Assembly (NCBI RefSeq): GCF_030028105.1
Contig: NC_092391.1
Span: forward strand, 51,929,223 to 51,993,222
DNA: 64,000 nt
Source of the DNA: Mobula birostris
Lineage: Eukaryota
Direction: 5' to 3'
Of the stretch, positions 1 through 12,454 are shown one piece after another. The position numbers and the translations under genes are program-made. The notes beneath the pieces are model-generated. The model was not told where the DNA came from. It searched no databases and was given only the letters and a program-made list of their open reading frames with translations. Numbering within the stretch: the first letter of the stretch is position 1; each line of letters starts with the position of its first letter.

Positions 1-19
1 GTGTACTCTGCTCTGCCTG

Positions 20-200
20 TGCATTTCCCCTCCTCTTCCTCCTGACAGTCAGCCAGTTACCTGTCAGGCAACCTCAGGGTGACTACTTCCCTGCAGCTCC
101 TGTCTATCATCTCCTCATTCTCCAGTACAAGTCGAAGGTCATCGAGCTGCAGCTCCAGTTTCTTAATACATTGCAGATGTACATATGTGGGAGACAGCAA
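20..200 (-). mobile_element. CR1 ORF1 remnant
   Basis: IKKLELQLDDLRLVLENEEMIDRSCREVVT leucine-zipper segment typical of CR1 ORF1. Confidence 0.65.
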
Positions 201-1996
201 TGAAAGTTCAAAACACTGCCACTAGGACCAAACCTACTATGCCCGAACAGATAATGACAGGGGAAGGGGAGGAGGGAGAGATAGGGTGGGGGGGATGGGG
301 GGGAACAGAGAAACACACACAGGCAGAGCAGGAGACAGAGGGGCAGAGACAGCAAGCGAGACAGACAGCGACAAGGACAGAGAGTCAGAGAGAAAGACAG
401 AGAGAGAGAGAGGGGGGGAGGGGGAGGGGGAGGGAGGGAGAGACAGCAAGCAAGTCAGAAAGGGAGATAAAAGACAATGTACCTTACCCAAACGTGATGA
501 GCCAAAGCCACTCTGAACATTGGCACACTCAAAAGAATGGCTGCTCCACTTGTACTTGAATTATTCTCATTGGCCCTTTCTAATGAATCTCTCCTGCTGA
601 TTGTTCACTCTTCAAACTAGAGAAACTGCCACAAAGATCTGCCTTTGAAATCTCAATCACCCTCCTGATTAAAAAGTAGCTCTTTTCACACACACCTGCA
701 GTGGATTGTCCAACTCAGAGAAAATTGGCTTGAAGCTCTGCTTTTTATACCTTGAACAGACCTGACTGAAAGGTAGCTCTTTTTACACACTTCCTCTTGC
801 TGACTTGTCGCTCCTCAAATCAGAAAAACTACTGCGAAACCCTGTTTTTGAAATCTCAATCGCTCTCCTGATTAAAAAGTAGCTCTTTTCATGCAGCCCG
901 GTGCACATGTGACTAAGACTTCTACACAGTACTGTATACAAAATGGATATTGAAATCAGACAGTTGAGGAACTGCATAGGGAACAGGTTATTTTCATACC
1001 ATACAACAAGAGATTGCCCTAAATCTTGCTGTAAAGTTCCCAGAAGAAAAAGTGACCATAGTATCATCAATTTCACTTTAAAAACTAAAGCAGAGCAACA
1101 AATTTCAATTTGAACAAAGAAAACTTCATGCTTAGTCAGAAATGAAGCTATAGATACTAATTGAACAGAAACAGAAATTTCTGGAAGTAGTCAGGGTAGG
1201 CTGCATCAGTCGGCAAAGAAACAGAGGTAATATTTCAGATCAGAGACACCTCCCCCATCAGAACCCCATCACACCCCCCCCCACCAGACAAAAAACGTTT
1301 GTAAAGGTGCAGTGTGTGTAGGGATGTAGGGAAATGAATGTCACCCGATACAATCAGAGTGATGTGGGGGTTAAGCTGTTAGACAAGTTATCTGGTCAAA
1401 GAGAGAATGAGAACTATGACTTTACAAGTTCCTTTTGTCTACGTTCTCACTCTCTAACCTTATTACAGCTTGACCCCATGGTCGCCCCATCAGAGATATT
1501 CTCTTTCCCCACCTCCCTGTGACTTTTTTGTCTTTCACAGATCTGATAAATGACTTAGACCTGAAACATAAAATCTGTTTTTCTTCCCACAGATGCGGCC
1601 TGACGGTATTTCTATCATTTTGAGATCTTACTTTGAGCATCCTTTATATACCTTCTTCATCACCTAAACTCCACATGGATAGAAAACGTTTGGAGGGATA
1701 GAGCCAAATGAAGGCAAAGAGGACAAGCTCAGGAAGACACCTTAGTCAGCACAGACAAGTTGGGTTGAAGATGTTAATTCCGTCTAGTATTATTGTATGC
1801 CTCTGTTGGAAATCCACCTGAGCCTACCCTCACATTAACTATTTCTAACTGAAACTAATATTTACTCTTGATTAAATATGAACATTTTTAAAAGATTATT
1901 TTCATCAAATGTTTTCCTTCAAAATAAAGCACTATGGGCTGAGTGGTCCCACAAAAACAACCTCAGTCAATGTCAGCAAGACTAAGGAGCTGATCA

Positions 1997-3415
1997 AAAA
2001 CAGGATTGTTCCGGAAGACTGGAAAATTGCAAATGTCCGTTTCAAGAAGGGAGAAGGGCAAAAGAAAGGAAATTATAGGCCAGTTAGTCTGACCTTAGTG
2101 GGAAGATGTTAAGAGTCGATAGTTAAGGATGTGGTGTCAGGGAACTTGGAGGCACATGATAAAATAGGCCGTAGTCCGCATGGTTTCCTTGAGCGAAAAT
2201 TTTACCTGATAAATCTATTGGAATTCTTTGAAGAAATAACAAGCAGGGTAGACAGAGGAGAATCAGTGGATATTGTGTAATTGGATTTTCAGAAGGCCTT
2301 TGACAAGGTGCCGCACATGAGACTGCTAAACACGTTAAGAGCCCATGGCATTACAGGAAAGATACCAGCTTTGATAGAGCATTGACTGATTGGCAGACAG
2401 TGAAGAGCGGGAATAAAGGGAGCCTTTTCTGGTTGGCTGCCAGTGAATAGTGGTGTTCCACAACAGTCTGTGTTTGGACCGCTTCTTTTTACGTTTTACG
2501 TCAACAATTTGGATGATGGAATTGATAGCTTTATAGTCAAATTTGTGGTTCATACAAAGATAGGTGGAGGGGCAAGTAGTTCTGAGGAAGTAGACAGGCT
2601 ACAGAAGGACTTAGATTAGGAGAATAGGCAAAAAGTAGCAAATGGAATACAATGTCGGAAAGTGTATGGTCATCCAATTTGGTAGAAGGAATAAAAGTGC
2701 AGACTATTTTCTAAATGGAGAGAAAATTCAAAAATCAGAGGTGCAAATGGACTTGGGACTCCTTGTGCAGGATTCCCTAAAGGTTCATTTGCAGGTTGAG
2801 TATGTGGTGAGGAAGTCAAATGCAATGTTAGCATTCATTTCAAGAGGACTAGAATATAAAAGCAAGAATGTAATATTGAGACTTTTTAAAGCACTTGGTG
2901 TACTGTCAGCAGTTTTGGGCCCTTATCTAAGGAAGGATGTGTTGACATTGCAGAGGGTTCAAAGGAGGTTCATGAACATGATTTCAGGATTCAAAGGCTT
3001 GACACATGAGGAGCATTTGATGGCTCTGGACCTCTATTCAAAATCTATTGAATGTTGATAGGCCTCGATAGAGTGAATGTGGAGAGGATGTTTCCTGTGG
3101 TGGGAGAGTCGAAGACCAGAGGACACAGCTTCAGAATAGAGGAACATCCCATTTAGAACAGAGATGAGGAGGAATTTCTTTAGTCAGATGTTGGGAATCT
3201 GTGGAATTCATTGCCATAGATGGATGTGGAAGCCAAGTCATTGGGTATATTTAAGGCAGAAGTTGATAGTTTCTGATTAGTCAGGGCATGAAGGGATATG
3301 GGGAGAAGGCAGGAGATTGAGGCTGAGAGGGAAAATGGGTCAGCCATGATGAAATAGCAGAGCAGATTCAATGGGCCAAATGGCCGAATTCTGCTCCTAT
3401 ATCTTATGGTCTTAT
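1997..3415 (+). mobile_element. decayed CR1 LINE 3' part
   Basis: [33 protein letters not shown]; tail tcttatggtcttat. Confidence 0.92.
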
Positions 3416-4400
3416 AACATTTTAACAATAAAACTTAGTACAAGCAATGTTGCACCCTTATTTTCAAATGCCTTTGATAAAGTCCCTTATTGGAAATTAG
3501 TTACAGCACATGGGCTGAAAACATTCAGACAGAAAAACCAGAGGGTAGAAATTATTGGGACTTCCACATTCTAACTCCTTATGGATGTGGGTGGTAACTA
3601 GTTAGCACAACTGGGATCAGTGTCCAGTAATTCACAAGATAAATTAATTACTTGGATTAGGGAACCAAATGTACCAATGTTCCAAATTTACCAATGATAC
3701 AGATGGGCTTGTGAGCTCTGGAGAAAGATTCAACAAAGCTCAAGGCAATTTGGAAAAGTTAAGTGAGTAGGCAAACATGTGACAGATGCAATATACTGTA
3801 GGCAATTGTGGTTTTCTAGTTTCATAGGGAAAACAGAAAAGCAGAGCATTAACGTAGATGGGTACATGATAATCAGTATGGACATGGTGATTCAAAGGGC
3901 CTGATTCTGCGCTGTCTGACTCTACCAAAGGGCTTATTCCTGCTCTTATTTTCAATTTTCCTAATAGGTATATTGTAAATTGTTTTCCTCCAGACAATTT
4001 GCATTGTGAGATGGTTTAACCACAGCTCTGCAGGCAGCATTTACAGTGATCAATTTAGCTTTCAGCCGCTCTCTGCCCAACATGCTATATGAAAATACAA
4101 GATTAATTCTGTTCTTCTAACTTTGGAGATTTAGGTATCTGATCTGCCTATTTTACAATTCCATATCTGCACAACAGCAATCACACATATCTAGGAATGA
4201 TGGTGAAGGTAACAATGCAACAAAATTACAGATTACCTGTTTCCAGGTTTTAGAAATTAAACAGTTTATAAACTGCCTGATTAGACTTACTACACTGAAT
4301 ACTACAAAATTTACCTCGTTACCAAGAGTACAATATGGATGCTAATATATTTTCAGTCCTCCTTGAAAATGTTGTGTAAAAGGTGCCCTGCCTTTCCTAC

Positions 4401-4521
4401 CTGTGGAATGGTAAAGAGCTCATCTTCACGTCTAACGATAGGATCTCCCTGATGGTAGCCAACAGGAATGTTTACTGTTGTAGACGTGGCCACGCCAAAG
4501 GAAAGTTCCTCAGCAACATCA
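4401..4521 (-). CDS. TCTN2: Tectonic-2 exon 7 (DVAEELSFGV...GYHQGDPIVRREDELFTIPQ); later exons not found in window
   Basis: GYxQGDPI and FTIPQ motifs; atag acceptor, gtagg donor; phase 2-0. Confidence 0.92.
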
Positions 4522-4720
4522 CTATTGAAAGGAAAAAAAAAAAAATCACAAAAAAAGATTAAATTTCAGCAGGGAGAGAATTTTACCACATGGAATCCAA
4601 GAGAGACATTCAACTGCATTCAAAACAAGATCTCCGATTTCAAGGATGCCCCATCTGGTATCAATGTAAATCCATTACCTCTAGGAGACACTGAAAGAAG
4701 TGATATTGATGTGTCTAGGG

Positions 4721-4798
4721 CAAGGGTTTCCAACATGGGCTCCGCGGACCCTTCAGTTAATGGTAAGGCTCCATGCATAAAAAGGTTGGGAACCCCTG
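4721..4798. mobile_element. hAT-like MITE with 8-bp TSD
   Basis: caagggtttccaac..gttgggaacccctg flanked by gtctaggg/atctaggg; relatives at 5616-5680 (ctccacag/ctctacag) and about 17857-17930. Confidence 0.75.
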
Positions 4799-5032
4799 AT
4801 CTAGGGAAAGCTCTCGTCATAAGAAGATGACTGCAAGAACTGTCAGAAACACAACCATCGATATGGCCAAAATGGGGTGTTTCAGTGGCATACACCTGAT
4901 GCAATACTGTTTCTACAGTCATTATCAAATACTTTACCACATTTATCATTCACTCCATCATAAAAGATGCTTCCTTCAAATCCTAACTGCTCAGAACATC
5001 ACTTCTATGTCATTTAGAATTCTTCTTGCCTA

Positions 5033-5475
5033 AACACAGGAGATTCTGCAGATGCCGGAAACCCAGAGCAACACACACAAAATGCTGCAGGCACTCAGCA
5101 GGTTAGGTAGTATCCAAGGAGGAGAATAAACAGTCAACATTTCAGGATGAGACCCTTCATATTTTTCCATTTCCCATTCTAGTTCCCTCTCTCCACTCAT
5201 CTCCCTCTGGTTCCTCTCCTCTTCCCCCTTCCTCCATGGTCCATTGTCTTCTTCTATTAGATTCCTCCTCCTTCAGCTCTTTACCTCTTCTACCTATCAC
5301 CTGCAAGCTTGTCCTCCTCCCCCTCCCCCTCCCCCACCTTCTTATTCTGGCTTCTGCCCCCTTCCTTTCCTGTCCTGGTGAAGGATCCCAGCACAAAACA
5401 CCAACCGTTTATTCCCCTCTGTAACTGCTGCCTGACCTGTAGAGCTCTTTCAGCATCTTCAGTGTATTCTTGGGT
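5033..5475. mobile_element. older Penelope-derived foldback copy
   Basis: arm 5033-5160 is the diverged reverse complement of 5370-5475, pyrimidine-rich spacer between. Confidence 0.7.
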
Positions 5476-6354
5476 AGCTTTTCTCAGTGTCACCTCCCTC
5501 ACAGTTTAAAAGTCGGTATTTATTTACACTCAGCAGACGTTTTCACAAGGACCTTCACGGAGAGTATATCAGCTCTCATATCATCAGAATGAATGGAAAC
5601 ACAGATCCTCCACAGCAGGAGTTCCCAACCTGAGATCCATGGACCCCTCGGTTAATGGTAGGGGTCCATGGGAACCTCTACTCTACAGGAAACCCAAGAG
5701 TTCTTGTTTTTGGCTCTGAGAATGTAATAATCATACTTCTTGGAAGGAGGTTGGGGTGGAGGCAGGTGCATTGATAATGCAATGTGGAACTGTTTGCTGC
5801 AAAGTGTATTATACACCAAGGAAAAGTTTTCTTTTGCTCACTAACTTGAAACAGTGGGCATCAGAGTCAGTTGAGATTAAAGTCAAAATGTACCTCAAAA
5901 AGTACAAGAAAAATATAAGGGGAATATAACCTGTAATGCAGCAAATTTGAATTATGATAAAAAGATACAGGACTGCCAGGACTTGCAAAGATAAAGGCAA
6001 ATTAAGTATTAGCCTAACAAATTAACAAAACATTTCACTGTTCCAGTGGGATCTCTTGTTTGCTTGGTTAAGTGAATTACCAAATTAAATGGGTTAGACT
6101 AGAGTTAGAGGTTAGGTGAAGATGAAAAACACTTGGCATTTTGCACCAATGCACCTTATTAAAGTGCAGATAACTGGAGTCAGAGTGTAGTTAGACTGAA
6201 GTTAGAGTGCAGATGAAGATCAGAAACATTTGGCACTTGACACCAATGCACCATTTTAAAGTATAGATAAACATTCCAACAGCAGCTCAAAGATCAAATA
6301 ATCAAAATCTGAAATAGACCAAAAGCATGTAATATATAGAACGGGGAGGGAGAG

Positions 6355-7548
6355 GAAGACACAAAGAGAGATTGATGAGGGTCGGGCAGTGGATTTTGTC
6401 TACATGAATTTTGGTAAGATATTTGAGGAAGTCTCTCATGGGAGGCTAATCCAGAAGATTGAGATTCATGGGGTCCACAGCGAATTGGCTGTTTGGATTC
6501 AGAACTGGCTTGCACATGGAAGACAGAGGGTGGAGGTTGAAGGGACTTATTCGAGCTGGAGGTCTGTAATTAGTGGAGCTCCGCAGGGACCTCTGCTGTT
6601 AGTGATGTATATAAATGACATGGATGAAAATGTCGATGGGTGGGTAAGTAGGTTTGCGGATGCTACCAAGATTGGTGGAGTTATGGATAGTGTAGAAGAC
6701 TGGTAAAGAACACAGCGTAATAGAAATCAGTTGCAGATATGAACAGAGAAATGGCAGATGGAGTTTAACCCAAATAAATGAGGTGTTGCACCTTGGTAGA
6801 GCAAATACAAGGAGACAGTACACTGTTAAGGGCAAGATCCTTAACAGTGTTGCCCAGTAGAGATCTTGGGATCCAAATTCACAGCTCCTTGAAAGTGGCT
6901 ACATGTCAATACAGTGATTAAGAAGGCTTATGGAATGCTTTTTTTAAATTAGTCGCGGCATTGAGTTGAAAAGTCAAGTGGTTATGTTGCAACTTTATAA
7001 AACTTTGTTTAAGCCACATCTGGAGTATTGCATGCAGTTCTGGTTACCCACAATAGGCTTTGGAGAGGATGCAGAAGAGGTTTACCAGGATGCTGCCTGG
7101 TTTAGAAGGCATGTGCTATCATGAGAGGCTAGATAAACTTGGGTTGTTTTCTCCGGAGCACAGGAGGCTGAGGGGAGATCTGATAGATGTTCATAAGATT
7201 ATGAGAGGCAGAGATAGAGTAGACAGGGAAGTATCTCTCTCCCAGGGTTGAAATGTCGAATACCAGAGGTATTGAAGGTGAGAGGGGGTCGATTCAAGGG
7301 AGATATGAGGGATAAGTTTTTTATTCAGAGAGTGGTGGATGCCTGGAATGCGCTGTCTGGTATGGTGGTACATTAGAGGCTTTTAAGAGACACTTAGATA
7401 GGGACATGAATAGGAGGAAGATGGAGGGATATGGGCATGGTATAGGTAGGAGGGATTGGTGTTCAGGTGATTTTGATTTTCTTTTTAGCTGGTTCAGCTC
7501 AACTTTGTGGGCCGAATGCCCTCTTCCTGTGCTGTATTGTTCTATGCT
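6355..7548 (+). mobile_element. decayed CR1 LINE 3' part (second subfamily)
   Basis: WIQNWLAHGRQRV, FADATKIGG, KRFTRMLPGLE. Confidence 0.9.
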
Positions 7549-7624
7549 GTACAAGCACAAAAGATTATTTAGAAAAATAATTTTACCAATGATGGACTCT
7601 TTGTTTACAATTACATAAACTTAC

Positions 7625-7824
7625 ACAGTATTGCCTTCAAAGAACAGCCCCAAATATGGTGAGTTCTCCAGAGAAGACTGCACACAGAGGAATGGGAACC
7701 AGTCAGGAGATCTCGGCACAGTCTGAACAGAGCATAGCTGGTCAAAGGGTTGGGACACATTGCCACCGAATATTCCTGGAAAGCAGTGGGAATTAAACAG
7801 CTCAATCATGTCAGGTGTGCATTC
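7625..7824 (-). CDS. TCTN2: Tectonic-2 exon 6 (ECTPDMIELFNSHCFPGIFGGNVSQPFDQLCS...PDWFPFLCVQS...)
   Basis: FGGxVxxPFDQLCS and PDWFPFLCVQS are TCTN2 signatures; 200 nt, AG/GT boundaries. Confidence 0.96.
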
Positions 7825-8179
7825 CTGGAAACAAAAAAGGTATATTTATTTAAAAATGCATATTTCAGATTCAATGAGATATGACAGAACACTCACAACA
7901 GAGAAATCTTTTTAAGAATTAAAAAAGTTGAAGGTGATGGAAACGTGAAATACAAACAGAAAATCCTGGAAATACTCAGGTGTTCAGGTAGCATCTGTGG
8001 AATAAGAAACAGTTAATGTCTCACCCTTTCACATATACTGGGAAATGGAGGAAACAAGTTAGGGAAAGTGTAGATGGAGGGGGATATGACAAAGGAGATA
8101 CTGAAAGGGAATAAAAGAGCACAGGGTAATGTTAATACACAGCAGATCAAACAGTATCAATCCTCGTTGTGTTCAACTG

Positions 8180-8545
8180 ACAGAAATTTCCACTTGATGA
8201 AGGGTCTAGGCCTGAAACATCAACTGTTTATTTCCCCTCCATAGATGCTGTCTGATTTGCTAGGTTCCTCCAGTATTTTGAGTGTGCTACTCAAAAATTT
8301 CCACCATCAGTGAAAGGCCTCAGCCCAAAACGTTGATTGTTTATTCCCCTCCATAGATGCTGCCTGATCTGCTGAGTTCCTCCAGAATTTTGAGTGCGTT
8401 ACTCAAAAAGTTCCACTGTTACTGAAGGGTCTTAGCCTGAAACATCAACCGTTTATCCCCCTCTCCCAGTACACGCTGCCCGATCTGCTGCGTTCCTCCA
8501 GTGTTTTCAGTGCGTTACTCAGAAATTTCCACCACCGTTGAAGAG
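8180..8545 (+). repeat. ~113-bp tandem array (3+ units) of the hammerhead-bearing Penelope terminal segment
   Basis: tgaagggtct..cctgaaacatc-like units at 8198, 8311, 8423 and partial 8539. Confidence 0.8.
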
Positions 8546-8797
8546 TGAACATCACAACTGCAGATTTTGAAATGGAGACACCACTTGGCCTCAAATTATT
8601 CCAAATGTCCACCATCCATAAAGGCAGATAAATTTAAACCTGAATAACCCACATGCACAGTTACACACACACACAGATACACCACCAACAGCTGTCATTT
8701 AAATTTAATTTATATATGGTAAAATTTCACAATTTGTGTAAAATGATTAAAAATCCACAGCTGATTGATTAATGTGTAGTATGAAGAACAGGCATAC

Positions 8798-8898
8798 CTT
8801 ATCACAGCAGCATCCTACATCACAAGCTCTTGCGGTTAAGTTGCACGGGCAGGGTCCAAGTGGACGGTACTTTTGTTTTGGAATCTGCATCTTGTTTT
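8798..8898 (-). CDS. TCTN2: Tectonic-2 exon 5 (ENKMQIPKQKYRPLGPCPCNLTARACDVGCCCDK)
   Basis: tectonic CxCNLTxxxCDxxCCCD motif; AG/GT boundaries, 101 nt. Confidence 0.96.
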
Positions 8899-9637
8899 CT
8901 ATTAAAATAAAAACAGAAACATTAAACAGCTCATGATTAACGTGATTCTGAAAACTAAATACCACAAGAAGCAGAACAGCACTGCACTTCTCAAAGTGTG
9001 TCAATCCCACAATGGATCACCCATTCAGATACACCGGTCAATACACATGAGGCCTGTCACAGTGATACTGCATGGGCCTGAGTACCCTCAAAATAGATGG
9101 GGAATTAGCTGGCGTTCCCATCTTCTAACTGTGATCCAGCTGGAAACATCCATGGACAGGCCAAGCAGCCTCAGACTAGACAGTGAATTAGCCAGAGTTT
9201 CCTTCTTCTAATTGTGATCCAGCTGGCAACATCCATTGATAGGCTGAGCAGCCTCAGAGTATATGGTGAATTAACTGGAGTTCCCTTCTTCTAATTGTGA
9301 TCTGGCTGGAAACATCAACGGACAAGCCGAGCAGCCTCAGAGTAAACAGGGAATTAGCTGGCATTCCCTTCTTCTAATTGTGATCCAACTGGAAACATCC
9401 ACAGACAGGCTGAGCAAGCTCAGACTAGAAGATGAATTAGCTGAAGTTTCCTACTTCTGATCGTGATCTGGCTGGAAACATCCATGGACAGCCTGAGCAG
9501 CCTCAGACTAGATGGTAAATTAACTGGCGTTCCCTCCCTCTAATCTTGATCCAGCTGGAAACATCGATGGACAGGCCACACACATCAAAGTTGCTGGTGA
9601 ACGCAGCAGGCCAGGCAGCATCTCTAGGAAGAGGTAC

Positions 9638-9673
9638 AGTCGACGTTTCAGGCCAAGACCCTTCGTCAGGACT
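9638..9673 (-). ncRNA. minimal type I hammerhead ribozyme motif (inverted copy, sense to TCTN2 pre-mRNA)
   Basis: exact reverse complement of 9730-9765. Confidence 0.75.
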
Positions 9674-9729
9674 AGTTTATTGTGGGCCCTCCCCCTTCCA
9701 CTTTCAAATCTCTTACTAACTCTTCAGTT

Positions 9730-9765
9730 AGTCCTGACGAAGGGTCTTGGCCTGAAACGTCGACT
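9730..9765 (+). ncRNA. minimal type I hammerhead ribozyme motif
   Basis: AGTC-CTGACGA-A-GGGT(CTTG)GCCT-GAAA-CG-TC-GACT. Confidence 0.75.
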
Positions 9766-12079
9766 GTACCTCTTCCTAGAGATGCTGCCTGGCCTGCTGC
9801 GTTCACCAGCAACTTTGATGTGTGTTGCTTGAATTTCCAGCATCTGCAGAATTCCTCGTGCTTGCATTATTAGATGGACAGGCCAAGCAGCTTTAGACCA
9901 GACGGTGAGTTAGTTAGCATTCCCTTCTTCTACTTGTGATCCGGCTGGAAAAAATCCATGGACAGACTGAGCAGCCTCAGAATATATGGTGAATTAGCTG
10001 GAGTTCCCTGCTTCCAATTGTGATCAGGCTGAAAACACCAACGGACAGGCCAAACAGCCTCAGACTCAACAGTGAATTATATGGCGTTTCCTTCTGATCA
10101 TGATCTGGTTGGAAACAGCCACTGACAGACTGAGCAGCTTCAGATTAGACGGTGAATTACATCACATCAAACAATTAAAAGATCACAAATAAAAACACAT
10201 TTGTTGTTTAAAAAGGAATTAAGAAATGTAACCCCGTGTTTCATTAATTCACAAATTCAATATGCAGAACAGTAGCCCGCATTGTGGAAACCAAGTCCTC
10301 GCCCTATACATTCAGAACTCATACATTCCAGAGGATTTTTTTAAACATTTACTGTATCATAAACCATTACTGTACCAGGGACATCCCAACTGGTACATCA
10401 TGGGCCGAATGGCCTGTCCGTGCTGTACTGATCCATGCTCAAAGCCTTGAGAAATCATTGGAACTGATACTGGTTTAAAACTGTTAAAACACTCATTCCC
10501 ACTAAATACTAAGTTCAGTCCAGATAATAAAATGACTCAATGCTTTTCCAAATTTCTACTCGAAACACTCAAAACTTGTTTAGTTAACCAATTCAGAGAA
10601 AGTATCCCGAAAGTTGTAAGAATCCTGACTGGCTACATCATTCGAATGCACAGGTACCTCACAAACTGCGGAGAAGTGGACTCTGTCCAATACTTCCCTT
10701 CCCACCATCAGTAACACGTACAGGAGCCACTGCCTCAAAGAAACAGCACCCATCATCAAAGATTCCCACCATCCAAGCCCTGCCACCTCACAGCTACCAT
10801 CAGGCAGAAGGTACAGAAGTCTGCAGTCCCAACACCACGAGGCTCAAGAACAGCTACTTCTCTTCAATCACTCAGTTCTTGAACCAACCAAAACAACCCT
10901 AATCATGACCTCTGCATTGCAAAACTGACCACTTTGTATGTTACTTATTTTTTTCGAATTGTGCTCTTTCTTATAAGGAATTGTGTATCATTTATGTTTA
11001 ATTCATGTCTATCTCGTAAATGCTGCTTATCTGGTGCTATGTATGTTTTACACTGCACATGCATAAGACCTAAGCTATAGGAGAAAAATTAGGTCATTTG
11101 GCCCATCCAGTCTGCTCTACCATTCCATCACGACTGATCCAGTTTCCCTCTCAGCCTAATCTTCTGCCTTCTTCTTGTATCCCTTCATGCCCTGACTAAT
11201 CAAGAATCTATTAAACTCTGCCTTAAACAAACAATAAAATTGACTTTGGCTTGGAAACATTGCTTCATTAAATGCTGACGCACAACCAACCTACAGGCCC
11301 CAATACTGGCATCATACATTACAAAGGGCTCATTTTAGACAGCATAGCATCAAAGCAGCATCTATTCAGAAGCCCACAATGGAACTAATGAAGGAAGTTG
11401 ACCAGAAAAAAATGAAGGTTTCAATTAAGATTCTTCCAGTATTGCTCTCCTATTAACTGCATACCCATCACACCAATGATTACTGTGTGTGATAGCAATC
11501 CATTTAGACCAAACTCCAACAAATGTTTTTCCTTTAGATCAGAGATGAAGAGGAATTTCTTTGGCCAGAGGGTAATGAATCTATGGAACTCATTGCCACA
11601 GACGGCTGTGGAGGTCAAGTCATTGGGTACATTTTAAATGATTAGTCAGGACATCAACGAATATGAATCCCATTTTAATTCATCCTCTCGTCCTCTCCGC
11701 ATTCCCATTAAGCTCTTGTCCAGATTCTGACACTCATCTTCACACTATGGACAATGCAACTAATTAACCGACTCATCCACACATTTTTGGGATGTCAGAG
11801 GAATATGCAAACCCCACACTGACATCGCTAGAGATGAGGATCAAAACCAGGTGTCTGGAGTTTTGAGGTAGCCACACCACCAGCTGCTCCAGTGTGTCAC
11901 CATGTCACAGTCTGCACAATGGGGAGAAACCAGCCTCTGCATATCATTGTGCCCAGACATCACATGGTCTTGACAAGGAAAGAAAGATTTGCATCATTTA
12001 CAGCTGCTTTCATACCCAGAAAAAAAAACAGAAGATCGTTCCAGCATACGAAACACTCACAAGTTGTATGTAAACTGAC

Positions 12080-12290
12080 CATTTATCATTCCTCGGAAAG
12101 TGGAGTTCACATATATTATAGCTTGAACAAGCAGTGTTGCTGAAACATTGCCATTTAGACAGGCAGTTACACGGAGTGTTTCGAGAACGCAGAGAGGTTC
12201 CGAACAGCAGCGGACTTCATCTGATAAATTTTCACAAAGTATGAGTGGTCGGTCCAGAGTCAGCTGCACATTCACCATCAACAGGTCGAA
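12080..12290 (-). CDS. TCTN2: Tectonic-2 exon 4 (FDLLMVNVQLTLDRPLILC...EPLCVLETLRVTACL...LLVQAIIYVNSTFRGMIN)
   Basis: tacag acceptor, gtcagt donor, 211 nt phase 0-1; matches TCTN2 PCILQTLLVSA...LLIQVEIYAN. Confidence 0.9.
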
Positions 12291-12384
12291 CTGTAATAAA
12301 AATTCACAAGAGCTAATTATACCAGTTGATACAGGATATTTTAACAGATCACTCAGCTATTGTTGGTCACAATCTGGCCACACT

Positions 12385-12454
12385 TACAGTACTGTACAAA
12401 AGTCTTAGGCATATATATGAGCTAGGACGCCTAAGACTTTTGCAAAGTACTGTA
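12385..12454. mobile_element. 70-bp palindromic Tc1-like MITE
   Basis: tacagtactgtacaaaagtcttaggc..gcctaagacttttgcaaagtactgta; related copy at about 12867-12920. Confidence 0.75.

Larger units (their letters stand above)
9579..9872 (+). mobile_element. Penelope-derived foldback insertion with 13-bp target site duplication
   Basis: ~96-bp perfect inverted arms; same sequence as 3' end of 39101-40498; GATGGACAGGCCA at 9566-9578 and 9873-9885. Confidence 0.88.
9098..10160. repeat. 83-bp tandem repeat (~9-10 diverged units) in TCTN2 intron 4, split by the foldback insertion
   Basis: tgtgatccagctggaaacatcc-like motif recurs at 9130, 9213, 9296, 9379, 9462, 9545 and resumes after 9873. Confidence 0.93.

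Noticed and set aside
185-559. 124 aa charged ORF and overlapping ORFs
   Set aside because: GA-rich low-complexity sequence next to a CR1 ORF1 remnant
9098-10160. 83-bp array as repeat-spacer system or RNA gene cluster
   Set aside because: Whole unit is homologous between copies with scattered substitutions; no tRNA fold, snoRNA boxes or hammerhead core seen in the unit itself
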